Notes under the pieces: model-generated
Seen by the model: the letters and a program-made list of their open reading frames with translations, nothing else
What the model was told of the DNA's origin: nothing
The model's database searches: none
From: Candidatus Eiseniibacteriota bacterium
GTDB lineage: Bacteria; Eisenbacteria; RBG-16-71-46
NCBI GenBank assembly: GCA_963717935.1
Contig: CAVQXP010000004.1
Location: forward strand, 1,472,001-1,536,000
Length of the DNA: 64,000 nucleotides
Direction of reading: 5' to 3'
Translations under genes and position numbers: made by a program
Shown: positions 9,915 through 20,301 of the stretch, in pieces
How positions within the stretch are numbered: position 1 is the stretch's first letter
Layout: each line of letters begins with the position of its first letter

Positions 9915-10634
9915 ATGACGCGGAGCCCTGCGAAGGTCGGACCCTTCATCCTGTCCGTCGCGCTGGCGCTGCTCGCTGCGGATGCCCGAGCCGTGCCGAA
10001 GGCGGCGCCTTCCGTCGAGGACCTGCTCGCCGCCCGGGCGAGCTACCCCGCCCACTGGTGGGCGGCGGCTCCGCAGGAAGGCGCTTCCGACTGGGAGGTC
10101 CTGCCGCAGGCGGCGGGGCCCGGCGAGGTGATCGTCTCCAAGCGCAACGAGCTGGGCCTGCTTTCCAACTTCGCGCCGACCCCGTTCACCTTCCGCGACA
10201 GGCGCTACGCCAGCCTCGAGGGGTTCTGGCAGATGATGCTCTACCCGGAGGGCCCCGGCGATCCGCGGGCGCGCTTCCCCGGGCTGGAGTGGGCGCACAC
10301 CCGCGAACAGGTGGCCCAGATGACCGCCTTCGAGGCGAAGCGGGCGGGCGAGCAGGCGGAGCGGAACATGGAGCGCATGGGGATCGGCTGGGTGACGTTC
10401 GAGGGACGCCGCTTCGCCTACCGCCCGGAGCGGCCCGGCAGGCACTGCCGGCTCGTCGTGGCGGCCATGCGCGAGAAGGTGTGGCAGAACCCCGAGGTGA
10501 AGAGGGTCCTGCTCGCGACTGGAGGTCTGACTCTCAAGCCCGACCACCGCCAGGAAGCCGATGCCCCGGACGCCTGGCGCTACTGCGAGATCCTCATGAG
10601 GATCCGGGCGGAGCTGCGGCAGAGAGCGCGCTGA
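9915..10634 (+). CDS. NADAR/YbiA-like protein with predicted signal peptide
   Basis: LSNF..TPF, Y.SLE..WQ, EAK..G, M..K..QNP....LL.TG and ILM.IR..L resemble NADAR; hydrophobic N-terminus ending ARA. Confidence 0.6.
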   Translation: MTRSPAKVGPFILSVALALLAADARAVPKAAPSVEDLLAARASYPAHWWAAAPQEGASDWEVLPQAAGPGEVIVSKRNELGLLSNFAPTPFTFRDRRYASLEGFWQMMLYPEGPGDPRARFPGLEWAHTREQVAQMTAFEAKRAGEQAERNMERMGIGWVTFEGRRFAYRPERPGRHCRLVVAAMREKVWQNPEVKRVLLATGGLTLKPDHRQEADAPDAWRYCEILMRIRAELRQRAR

Positions 10635-10677
10635 GCGAAGTGGCGGCCAGTCAGGTATCTCGAAAGGGTCGAGTCGC

Positions 10678-11232
10678 ATGTTCTCCTCCATAGAAGCCGA
10701 TCGCGTGGTCCTGCGCCGTCTGGAGCCATCCGACGCGGAGGTGGTGTTCGGCTACCGGGCCGATCCGGAGGTCTGGCGCTATCAGAACTGGGTGCCCGCG
10801 TCGGTCGACGAGGTCCGGGCGTTCATCGAGTCCCTTGCCGGGCTCGAGCCGGACTCCCCGGGCAGGTGGTTCCAGGTGGGGATCGAGCTCCGCGAGTCGG
10901 GGGAGCTGGCCGGCGATTGCGGCATCCACGTGTCCGCGTCGGACCCCCGGCAGGTGGAGATCGGGATCACGCTCGCGCCGTCGCATCAGCGCCGCGGGCT
11001 CGGCTCCGAGGCGCTCCGGGCGCTCCTGGGCTACCTGTTCTCGGTGCTCGGCAAGCACCGCGTGTTCGGCTCGGTGGATGCCCGCAACGAGGCGTCCCTG
11101 GCGCTCCTGCGACGGGTCGGCATGAGGCAGGAGGCTCACTTCGTCGAGAACTGCTGGTCCAAGGGCGAGTGGACCGACGACGTGGTGTTCGGGATGCTCG
11201 ATCGGGAATGGGTGGCGACCCACGGCGCCTGA
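10678..11232 (+). CDS. GNAT acetyltransferase, RimJ/RimL type
   Basis: EIGITLAP..QRRGLGSEA and N.AS..LL.R.GM..E. Confidence 0.88.
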   Translation: MFSSIEADRVVLRRLEPSDAEVVFGYRADPEVWRYQNWVPASVDEVRAFIESLAGLEPDSPGRWFQVGIELRESGELAGDCGIHVSASDPRQVEIGITLAPSHQRRGLGSEALRALLGYLFSVLGKHRVFGSVDARNEASLALLRRVGMRQEAHFVENCWSKGEWTDDVVFGMLDREWVATHGA

Positions 11233-11384
11233 CTCCCGGCCGGAGCCGGCCGCCGTAAGCCCGTGTCCGCCGCCCCCCCGACTCGCATGCGACCCCTGCC
11301 CTGCGGTAACGTAACCTCGTCGGACCGTGTACCGGGGTGGTCCACGTCCCGGGTCCTCGCGAACCCACTGTCGGGAGGCTCACC

Positions 11385-12653
11385 GTGATCCAAGGTGTCG
11401 CGAAGTTCTTCCGCTCGCTGCGCGAGTACCACGCGTCCTTCTGGACGGCGAACCTCTCGGAGCTGTTCGAGCGCGTCGCCTTCTACGGGATGGCGACCAT
11501 CCTGGTCCTCTTCCTGACGAAGTCGCGGGGGTTCTCGAATTCCCTGGCCATCTACGTCGGGGGCTACTTCGGGCTCTTCACCTACGGGCTCGCGGCATTC
11601 TCGGGCTTCCTCGCCGACCTGCTGGGCTACCGCCGGGCGATGCTCTCGGCCTACGCACTGCTCGCAGTGGGCTACTTCCTGGTGGTGACCGTGCACGGCA
11701 CGGTGCCCATCCTGGGCGCGTTGCTGCTGATCGCCTTTGGCGCGTCGCTCATCAAGCCCTCGATCACGGGCACGGTGCAGAAGGTCTGCACCGAGCCGCA
11801 GCGGGCGCTGGGCTTCTCGATCTACTACACGCTGGTCAACGTCGGCGGCTTCATCGGTCCCAACCTGGGCGGTCAGATCCGCGACCGGATGGGGGTGGAG
11901 CCGGTGTTCTTCTGCAGCGCGGGCGCTGCGGCCCTGGCCTTCCTGCTGGTCCTGTTCGCGTTCCGCGAGCCGGTGGCCGCGGCCGGCAGGGAAGCCCGCA
12001 AGAGCTTCGGCGCGTTCCTCGGGGACTTCGGCCGCGTGCTGATCAACTGGCGGCTCATGACGCTGATCCTGCTGGTCGCGGGGTTCTGGAGCATGTTCTT
12101 CCAGTTCTACGGGCCGTTGCCGCTCTACCTGACCGATGACCTCCATACTTCGACCCGGGCGCTGGGCTTCGTGATCTCGCTCGACGCGCTCGCGATCGTC
12201 TGCCTGCAGGTGGTGGTCGGCTACTTCGTCCGCAACCTCGTGGCGGGGCGGGCCATCTTCCTGGCTGCCCTGGTCGCCGCGGCGGGCATCGCCTTCATCG
12301 GCCTGGCCCCGTCGATCTGGGTCGTGGGGGTCGGGATCCTGATCTTCTCGGTGGGCGAGATGATCTACTCGGCGCACTTCTACCGCTATCTCGGCAGCAT
12401 CGCGCCGCCCGACCAGGTAGGCATGTACATGGGCTTCGCGTTCCTGCCGATCGCGCTGGGTTACTTCCTGGCGGGAGTGATCGGTGGACCGGCCTACGAC
12501 TTCTTCAAGAACACGCTTCACAAGCCGCAGCTCATGTGGTTCGCCTTCGCGGCCGTCGGCGTGGTCTCGGCCTTCGGCCTGCTGTTGATGACCACGCTGC
12601 TCAAGGGCGGGGCCGGCGACCGTCCGGCGGCGAGCGGGACCGGGGCGGCCTGA
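11385..12653 (+). CDS. MFS transporter, POT/PTR peptide-transporter-like
   Basis: ELFER.AFYG (ExxERxxxY) and FSIYY..VN.G motifs; about 12 TM. Confidence 0.85.
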   Translation: MIQGVAKFFRSLREYHASFWTANLSELFERVAFYGMATILVLFLTKSRGFSNSLAIYVGGYFGLFTYGLAAFSGFLADLLGYRRAMLSAYALLAVGYFLVVTVHGTVPILGALLLIAFGASLIKPSITGTVQKVCTEPQRALGFSIYYTLVNVGGFIGPNLGGQIRDRMGVEPVFFCSAGAAALAFLLVLFAFREPVAAAGREARKSFGAFLGDFGRVLINWRLMTLILLVAGFWSMFFQFYGPLPLYLTDDLHTSTRALGFVISLDALAIVCLQVVVGYFVRNLVAGRAIFLAALVAAAGIAFIGLAPSIWVVGVGILIFSVGEMIYSAHFYRYLGSIAPPDQVGMYMGFAFLPIALGYFLAGVIGGPAYDFFKNTLHKPQLMWFAFAAVGVVSAFGLLLMTTLLKGGAGDRPAASGTGAA

Positions 12654-12654
12654 G

Positions 12655-15330
12655 TTGCACCCGCTCGACCGCATCTTCAGGCCCCAGCGCATCGCGCTGA
12701 TCGGCGCCTCGCAGAACCCGAAGAGCGTCTCGGGCACGGTGCTCAAGAACCTGGTCGGCTCGGGCTTCCGCGGGGTGGTCTACCCCGTGAACCCCGCGCA
12801 CGAGTCGGTGCTCGGCGTGCAGTGCTGGCCGGGCCTCGGTGACCTGCCGCGCACGCCGGACTTGGCCGTGATCTGCTCGCCGGCCGGCGAGGTGCCCGAC
12901 GTGGTGCGGGCCTGCGGGGAGGCGGGCATCCGCGGCCTGGTCATCATCTCGGCGGGGTTCCGCGAGACCGGGCCCGCGGGCGCGGCGCTCGAGCAGCGCG
13001 TGCGCGCCGAGATGCGGCGCTTCGACGGGATGCGCGTGCTGGGGCCCAACTGCCTGGGCTTCATCGTCCCGGAGGCGAGCCTCAACGTCACCTTCGCGCA
13101 CGGCATGCCGAAGGCCGGCAGCATCGCCTTCATCTCGCAGTCGGGCGCGCTCTGTACCTCGGTGCTCGACTGGGCGCTCGAGCAGGGGCTGGGCTTCTCG
13201 CACTTCGTCTCGGTCGGCAACCTGCTGGACGTGGACTTCGGCGACCTCATCGACTACCTGGGCGAGGACGAGAGCACCCGCTCCATCCTGCTCTACATCG
13301 AGTCGCTGACCAACGCGCGCAAGTTCCTGAGCGCCGCGCGGGCCTTCGCCCTGGGCAAGCCGATCGTCGCCTACAAGGCCGGCCGTTTCCCCGAGTCCGC
13401 GAAGGCCGCCGCCTCGCACACCGGCGCGCTGGCCTCGGAGGACGAGGTCTTCGACGCCGCGTTCGCGCGCGCCGGCGTAGTGCGCGTCTACGAGATCGCC
13501 GACATCTTCAACGTCGCGGGGCTCGTGGGACGCTACCGCAGCCCGGCCGGCCCGCGGCTGGGCATCGTCACCAACGCCGGCGGGCCCGGCGTGATGGCGA
13601 CCGACGCCCTCATCGCGCGGCGCGGCGCGCTGGCGGACCTCGCCCCGGCGACGATCGCGGCCCTGGACGAGAACCTGCCGCCCGCCTGGTCGCACGGCAA
13701 CCCCGTGGACGTGCTGGGCGACGCCAACTCGAAACGCTACGCGAAGGCCGCCGAGATCGTGGCGGCCGATCGGGGCGTGGACGCGGTGCTGGCCATCCTC
13801 ACGCCCCAGGCCATGACCAACCCGACCGCGACCGCGATGGAGCTGGGCGCCCTGGCGGGGAAGGTGAAGAAGCCCGTGCTCGCCTCGTGGATGGGCGGGG
13901 CCGGCATGCGCGAGGGCGTGCAGGTCCTGGCTCGCGCCGGCGTGGCGACCTACGACACGCCCGACGAGGCGGTGCAGGCCTTCATGACGCTGGTCACCTA
14001 CGCGCGGAACCTGGAGACGCTGTACGAGACGCCCCGCGACATCCCGGTCGAGTTCCCGCTCGACCGGCAGGCGCTCAAGTCGCGCTTCGCCTCGCTGGTG
14101 CCGGCCGAGGGCGACACCCTCTCCGAAGCCGCGTCGAAGACCGTGCTCGAGGCCTACGGCATCCCGGTCGCGCGGCCCGTGCCGGCGGCGGGCGCGGACG
14201 AGGCCGTGCGGGTCGCGGCGGACCTGGGCTACCCGGTGGTTCTCAAGCTCGACTCGCCCGACATCACCCACAAGAGCGACGTGGGTGGCGTGGCGCTGGA
14301 CCTGGAGAGCGCGGACGAGGTGCGCGCGGCCTACGAGCGCATCGTCGCCGGGGCACGGCGGGCGCGGCCCGAGGCGCGCGTCGCCGGTGTGACCGTGCAG
14401 CGCATGGTGCACTCGCGCGACGGGCTCGAGCTGATCGTCGGCGCGCGTCAGGATCCGGTGTTCGGGACCGTGATGCTGGCCGGCATGGGAGGTGTCGCCG
14501 CCGAGGTGCTGCGGGACCGGTCGCTGGGATTGCCGCCGCTCAACGAGCGGCTCGCCCGCCGCATGCTCGAGTCGCTGCGGGCCTGGCCGCTCCTGCAGGG
14601 CTACCGCGGGCGGCCCGGCGTGAACCTGGACCGGCTCATCGAGGCCCTGATGCGCGTTTCGTACCTGGTGGCCGATCACCCCGGGATCAAGGAGCTCGAC
14701 GTCAACCCGCTGCTCGCCACGCCGCACGAGGTCATCGCGCTCGACGCGCGCATCATCGTGGATCGCGAGCGGCTGGCGCACCCGGGGAAGCCGTACTCCC
14801 ACCTGGCGCTGCGGCCCTATCCCGAGGAGCTCGAGCGCCACGTCTCGCTCCCCGACGGCGAGCGGCTGCTGCTGCGGCCCATCCGGCCCGAGGACGAGCC
14901 GCACTGGATGGCGATGCTGGCCGCCTGTTCGCGCGAGACCCTCTACATGCGCTTCCGCTACATGTTCCAGTGGGCTACCCACGAGGCCGCCATGCGCTAC
15001 TGCTTCACCGACTACGACCGCGAGATCGCCATCGTGGCCGAGCGCGAGGGTGGCGAGCCGCGGTTGGTGGGTGTGGGGCGGCTCGTGGCCGAGCCCGAGC
15101 ACGAAGCCGCCGAGTACGCCGTGCTGGTGAGCGATGCCTGGCAGAACCGGGGCCTGGGCGGCGTGCTGACCGACGCCTGCGAGGAGATCGCGCGCGGCTG
15201 GGGTCTCAAGCGCATGGAGGCCCAGACCACCGCCGACAACGCGCGCATGCTGGCGCTGTTCAAGAAGCGCGGCTACACGGTCGAGCCCGACGAGGAAGGG
15301 CTGATGAAGGTGACGAAGGAGTTGCGGTAG
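12655..15330 (+). CDS. Acetate-CoA ligase (ADP-forming)-like / GNAT fusion (Pat/PatZ-type protein lysine acetyltransferase)
   Basis: GPNCLG, SQSGA, SHTGALA, NPVD, HKSDVGGV, then C-terminal GNAT (WQNRGLG); TTG start. Confidence 0.88.
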   Translation: MHPLDRIFRPQRIALIGASQNPKSVSGTVLKNLVGSGFRGVVYPVNPAHESVLGVQCWPGLGDLPRTPDLAVICSPAGEVPDVVRACGEAGIRGLVIISAGFRETGPAGAALEQRVRAEMRRFDGMRVLGPNCLGFIVPEASLNVTFAHGMPKAGSIAFISQSGALCTSVLDWALEQGLGFSHFVSVGNLLDVDFGDLIDYLGEDESTRSILLYIESLTNARKFLSAARAFALGKPIVAYKAGRFPESAKAAASHTGALASEDEVFDAAFARAGVVRVYEIADIFNVAGLVGRYRSPAGPRLGIVTNAGGPGVMATDALIARRGALADLAPATIAALDENLPPAWSHGNPVDVLGDANSKRYAKAAEIVAADRGVDAVLAILTPQAMTNPTATAMELGALAGKVKKPVLASWMGGAGMREGVQVLARAGVATYDTPDEAVQAFMTLVTYARNLETLYETPRDIPVEFPLDRQALKSRFASLVPAEGDTLSEAASKTVLEAYGIPVARPVPAAGADEAVRVAADLGYPVVLKLDSPDITHKSDVGGVALDLESADEVRAAYERIVAGARRARPEARVAGVTVQRMVHSRDGLELIVGARQDPVFGTVMLAGMGGVAAEVLRDRSLGLPPLNERLARRMLESLRAWPLLQGYRGRPGVNLDRLIEALMRVSYLVADHPGIKELDVNPLLATPHEVIALDARIIVDRERLAHPGKPYSHLALRPYPEELERHVSLPDGERLLLRPIRPEDEPHWMAMLAACSRETLYMRFRYMFQWATHEAAMRYCFTDYDREIAIVAEREGGEPRLVGVGRLVAEPEHEAAEYAVLVSDAWQNRGLGGVLTDACEEIARGWGLKRMEAQTTADNARMLALFKKRGYTVEPDEEGLMKVTKELR

Positions 15331-15581
15331 AAGGGGTTGGCCGCGAGCCATCTGCCCGTGTCCCACGGAGGGGAGGACGGTCCCCGGCACGATCGCGGAG
15401 CCCGGGACGCGTTCGGCGCCCGCCAGCAGGCGTCGGGCGGATTGTCGCGTATCCGATTGGCCTTTCCGTGGCTCCCGCCGTAGGAATCCCCCGTGCGGGT
15501 TCTGCTGCCCTCGCCCCTGGCTGCGCGCCGGAGACGGTCGCGCGGGCCGGGTCGTCTCCAACCCATTTCGAGAGGTCCGAC

Positions 15582-16983
15582 ATGGAAGGAAGTCGCCTGC
15601 GAGCGTCACTCCGCGGCCTGGCTTTCGGGCTCGCGCTGCTGGCGGTCGTCGCCGCGCCGCGCGGGCTCTGGGCCGCCGGCGCGCTGAGCGTCCCCTACAC
15701 CACCTTCACCCTGCCCAACGGGCTCAAGGTCATCCTGCACGAGGACCACGCGCTGCCCATCGTCAGCGCGAACATCTGGTACCGCGTGGGATCCGGCGAC
15801 GAGAAGCCGGGGCGGACCGGCTTCGCCCACCTGTTCGAGCACATGATGTTCATGGGCTCGCAGAACGTGCCGACCGGGGACTTCGACCGGCTGCTCGAGG
15901 CCGCGGGGGCCGACAACAACGGCTCCACCACCGAGGACCGCACCAACTACTACGAGGACGGCCCTTCGAACTCCCTGGCGCTCATGCTCTACCTGGACTC
16001 GGACCGCATGGGCTTCCTGACGCCCGAGATCACCGCGGAGAAGGTGGAGCTGCAGAAGGGCGTGGTGCAGAACGAGCGCCGGCAGTCCTACGAGAACCGG
16101 CCCTACGGGCTCGCCGAGGAGAACATCCTGAAGCGCCTCTATCCGCCCGACCATCCCTACCACTGGCCGGTCATCGGCTCCATGGCCGACCTGCAGGCCG
16201 CCTCGCTCGAGGACGTGCAGGACTTCTTCCGCTCCTACTACACGCCCAACAACTCGGTGCTGGTGATCGCCGGGGACATCGATCCGGCCCAGACCCGCCG
16301 GCAGGTGGAGCGCTGGTTCGGGGACGTCCCGCGCGGCCCGAGGTGGTGCGTCGCCCGCCGCCGCCGGTGAAGCTCGAGGCCGACGTGTTCGGCTGCTGGA
16401 GGACCGGGTGCAGTTGCCGCGCGTCTATGACGTGTGGCACTCGGGGCGCCTGTTCGGCCCGGATGACGCGGCCCTCGACGTCCTGAGCCAGATCCTGGGC
16501 GGCGGCAAGTCGTCGCGCCTCTACCGGCGGCTGGTCTACGAGCTGCAGATCGCCAATCAGGTGGTGGTCTACAACGACGCCGGTAAGAGGGACGGCAAGC
16601 TGATGATGTTCGCCACCGCCACGCCCGGCCACGCGCTGGACGAGCTGCAGCGGGTGATCGACGAGGAGTTGGGGCGGCTCGCGCAGACGGGTCCGACCGA
16701 GCGCGAACTGCAGCGGGTCAAGAACGGCGTCGAGGCGCAGTTCCTCGACGGCATGCAGCAGGTGGGCGGGTTCACCGGCAAGGCGAACCAGTTGAACCAC
16801 TATGATTTCTTCGTCGGCACGCCGGACTACTTCAACCAGGACCTCGAGCGCTACCAGAAGCTGACGACCGCCGACATCCAGCGCGTGGCCCGGGAGTACG
16901 TGACCGGCGCGCACCGGGTGGTGCTCAGCATCGTGCCGCAGGGCAAGACGGAGCTGGCGGTGACGGAAGGGAGGCAGCCATGA
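15582..16983 (+). CDS. M16 zinc peptidase, catalytic subunit (two apparent 1-nt deletions near 16340 and 16391)
   Basis: Signal peptide; TLPNGL and HLFEH (HxxEH); reading continues in shifted frames to SSRLY...; ORF track splits it. Confidence 0.85.
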
Positions 16984-18445
16984 ACTCGCTCGTCACGAAC
17001 CTCGTGCGGCGCGTCGTTGCGGCGTGCATCGGGCTCGCGCTGGTCGTGGGAGCGGGGTTCGCCGCGGACGCGCCCCTCGACCGCACGAAGCCCCCGACGC
17101 TCGGCCCGCTCAAGCCGCTGAAGGTGCCCGTGGTGCAGACGCAGACGCTCGCCAACGGGCTCCAGTTGGCGGTCGTCGAGATGCACGAGGTCCCGGTCGT
17201 GGACTGCCTGCTGCTCGTGCGGGCCGGCGCGGCCTACGACCCGCAGGGGAGCCCCGGGCTCGCCACCTTCGTCGCGGGCATGCTCGACGAGGGCGCCGGC
17301 AAGCGCAGCGCGCTGGAGATCTCCGAGGAGGCCGACTACCTCGGGCGCGCAGTTCGGCACGGGCGCCGGGATGGAGAACGCGCAGATCGAGCCTGCACGT
17401 TCCCAGGGCGCGCCTGGAGGCGGCGCTCGACCTGATGGCCGACGTCGCACTGCGGCCGGCGTTCCCCGATTCGGAGATCGCCCGGCAGCGGGAGCTCCGG
17501 AAGAACAGCATCCTCCAGCTGCGCGACCAGCCCACGGCCATGGCGCCCCTCGCGCTCCATGCCATCCTCTTCGGTGCGGCGCACCCGTACGGACACTCGC
17601 AGGTGGGGAACGAAGCCTCGACGGCGGCGCTGGACCGCGCCCGGGTCACGCGCTTCTACGAGACCCATTACCGCCCGGCGAACGCGAAGCTCCTGTTCGT
17701 GGGGGACATCACCCCGGCCGAGGCCCGGAAGCTCGCCGAGGCCCGCTTCGGCGGCTGGTCGAAGGGCGAAGCGCCAGCCCCGCGGACGGGCGTCGTCGCG
17801 CCGCCGGCCGGACGCACGTTCTACCTCGTGGACAAGCCGGGGGCGCCGCAGTCGGTCATCATGATCGGCAACGTCGGCGTGCCGCGCTCCACGCCGGACT
17901 ACTATGCGTTGCGGGTGATGAACAACCTCCTGGGAGGGTCGTTCACCTCGCGGCTCATGCAGAACCTGCGCGAGCTGCACGGCTACACCTACGGTGCGCG
18001 CTCGTACTTCGACATGTACCAGCAGGCCGGGCCGTTCCGCGCCGCGTCCTCGGTGCACACGGCGAAGACCGACAGCGCGCTGATCGAGTTCTTCCGGGAG
18101 TTGCGCCGCATCCGCGACGAACCGGTGCCGGCGGAGGAACTGGCCAAGTCGAAGGCCTACATCGCGCTCGGTCTGCCGGGCGAGTTCGAGACCACGCAGG
18201 GGGCGGCCGGCCGGTTCCTCGACCTGCTCGCCTACGATCTCCCGCTGGATTCCTACGACTCGTTCATCGAGCGGATCCAGGCCGTGACGGCCGAGGACGT
18301 GCAGCGGGTGGCGAGGCAGTACATAACCCCGGACCAGTTCACGGTGGTGGTGGTGGGCGATCGCAGCCAGATCGAGGCCCCCATCAAGGCCCTGAACGAG
18401 GGGCCGGTCGAGCTGCGCGACCTGTGGGGGCAGCCGGCGCAGTAG
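16980..18445 (+). CDS. M16 peptidase-like non-catalytic subunit (two apparent 1-nt insertions near 17344 and 17389)
   Basis: LANGL, HPYG, LGGSFTSRL..NLRE.HGYTYG; no HxxEH; ATGA overlap with upstream gene. Confidence 0.85.
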
Positions 18446-18621
18446 CGCGTCGAGGACCGCGGAGCGCAGACGCGCCGTGGTGGCCGAGCGCATGGTGCCT
18501 CTGCTCGGCCACTACGGTGCGCGAGCCCCGCGGTCCGGGCGCTCGCAGGGAAGACGACGGCCCGGGATACCCAGACGCTCGCTGCCCGGGTCCCGTGCGC
18601 CGTCACCAGAAGCCAGAGCGT

Positions 18622-18658
18622 GGCCCCGTAGCTCGGATGGATAGAGCAGCGGTTTCCT
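18622..18658 (+). pseudogene. 5' half of tRNA-Arg(CCU); no recognisable 3' half
   Basis: GGCCCCG-TA-GCTC-GGATGGATA-GAGC-A-GCGGT-TT-CCT gives acceptor 5' strand, D-arm with GG and A20, and anticodon CCT; no TTCGA T-loop follows. Confidence 0.7.
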
Positions 18659-18743
18659 GACCATGGGCTGAGGCGGCCGCCTCCCGGACGCACGAAGGCC
18701 CCGCGGCGCCAGCCGCAGGGCCTTTGCGCAATGACCGCCCCCG

Positions 18744-19991
18744 CTACATCCCGTACTTCTCGATGATCTGCTGCTTGTTGAGTCCCAGGATGCCGTACTT
18801 GGCGCCGACCTTCTTGAACGCCGCGATGCCCTTGTCGAGGTGGTGCTGCTCGTGCGCGGCCGAGAGCTGCGTGCGGATGCGCGCCTGCGCCTTCGCCACG
18901 ACCGGGAAGAAGAAGCCGACGACGTAGATGCCCTCGGCGAACAGGTCGCGTGCCACGTCCTGCGCCAGCTTGGCGTTGTAGAGCATCACCGGCACGATCG
19001 GGCTCTCGCCCTTCTTGATGTCGAAACCGGCCTCGGTGAGGAGCTTGCGCCAGTAGGTGGTGTTCCACTCGAGCTTGTCGCGCCGCTCGGTGGTGGCCGA
19101 GATCAGGTCCAGCACCTTGAGCGCGCCCTCGACGATGACCGGTGCCACGGTGTTCGAGAACAGGTAGGGCCGCGCCCGCTGGCGGCACATCTCCACCAGC
19201 TCGCGCCGTCCGCTCACGCAGCCGCCGGAGGCCCCGCCGAGGGCCTTGCCGAGCGTGGTGGTGATGATGTCGATCCGGCCGACCACGCCGCAGTGCTCGT
19301 GCGTGCCGCGGCCGGTCTTCCCGATGAAGCCCGAGGAGTGCGAGTCGTCCACGAACACCATGGCGTCGTACTTCTCGGCCAGCGCGACGATCCCGTCGAG
19401 CTTGGCGATGTCGCCGTCCATCGAGAAGACGCCGTCGGTGATGATCATGCGGAAGCGCTTGTCCTGGTGCTCGACGAGCTTCTCCTCGAGGTGGCCCAGG
19501 TCGGAGTGCTTGTAGGTGTCCTGCATCGCCTTGCACAGCCGCATGCCGTCCACGATCGAGGCGTGCACGAGGCGGTCGGAGATCATCACGTCCTGATCGC
19601 CCAGGATGGCCTCGAACACGCCGGCGTTGGCGTCCATGCAGGAGGGGAAGAGCAGCGTGTCCTCCGTGCCGAGGAACGCGGTCAGCTTCTGCTCCAGCTC
19701 GCGGTGGATGTCCTGGGTGCCGCAGATGAAGCGCACCGACGACATGCCGTAGCCGCGGTGGTCGAGCCCCTTGTGCGCGGCCGCCACGACCTCGGGGTGA
19801 CTCGAGAGGCCGAGGTAGTTGTTCGCGCACAGGTTGATGACCTTGTGGCCGCCGCTGCCGACCGGGAACTCGACCTCGATGTCGGCGCCCTGCGGCGAGT
19901 GGATGAAGCGCTCCTCCTTGAACAAACCCTGCTCGCGGAGGCCTTTCAGCTCGGTCTGGTAGTGCTCGCGGACCCTGTCGGCATAACCCAT
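18744..19991 (-). CDS. kbl: Glycine C-acetyltransferase-like alpha-oxoamine synthase
   Basis: NLCANNYLGL, SVRFICGT, DGVFSMDG, DDSH, TLGKALGG (PLP lysine), ARIRTQ. Confidence 0.88.
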   Translation of the reverse strand: MGYADRVREHYQTELKGLREQGLFKEERFIHSPQGADIEVEFPVGSGGHKVINLCANNYLGLSSHPEVVAAAHKGLDHRGYGMSSVRFICGTQDIHRELEQKLTAFLGTEDTLLFPSCMDANAGVFEAILGDQDVMISDRLVHASIVDGMRLCKAMQDTYKHSDLGHLEEKLVEHQDKRFRMIITDGVFSMDGDIAKLDGIVALAEKYDAMVFVDDSHSSGFIGKTGRGTHEHCGVVGRIDIITTTLGKALGGASGGCVSGRRELVEMCRQRARPYLFSNTVAPVIVEGALKVLDLISATTERRDKLEWNTTYWRKLLTEAGFDIKKGESPIVPVMLYNAKLAQDVARDLFAEGIYVVGFFFPVVAKAQARIRTQLSAAHEQHHLDKGIAAFKKVGAKYGILGLNKQQIIEKYGM

Positions 19992-19994
19992 GGC

Positions 19995-20249
19995 TCAGCC
20001 CTTCTGCTGGAAGCGGGTGACCAGCGCGGCGATGCTGTTGACGTTGTCGAAGGCCTGCGGGCTGGCGTCGGCGTCGGGGATCTTGATGCTGAACTTGCGC
20101 TCGAGGAAGCGCTTGAGCGAGACCATCGAGAAGGAGTCCACGATGCCGCCGGTGATGAGCGGTGAGGCCTCGTTGATGACGCGGTCGTCATCCTCCTCGA
20201 GGTACTCCTTCTTCACGTAGTCGAGGATCAGCTGCTTGAGCTCGTCCAT
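19995..20249 (-). CDS. Acyl carrier protein
   Basis: 84 aa, acidic N-terminal region, GIVDSF phosphopantetheinylation motif. Confidence 0.85.
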   Translation of the reverse strand: MDELKQLILDYVKKEYLEEDDDRVINEASPLITGGIVDSFSMVSLKRFLERKFSIKIPDADASPQAFDNVNSIAALVTRFQQKG

Positions 20250-20301
20250 GGGTCTCTCCTGTGGGTTTGGGGCGCGGCCCGCGGGTCGCGGGTCTGTGCG
20301 T

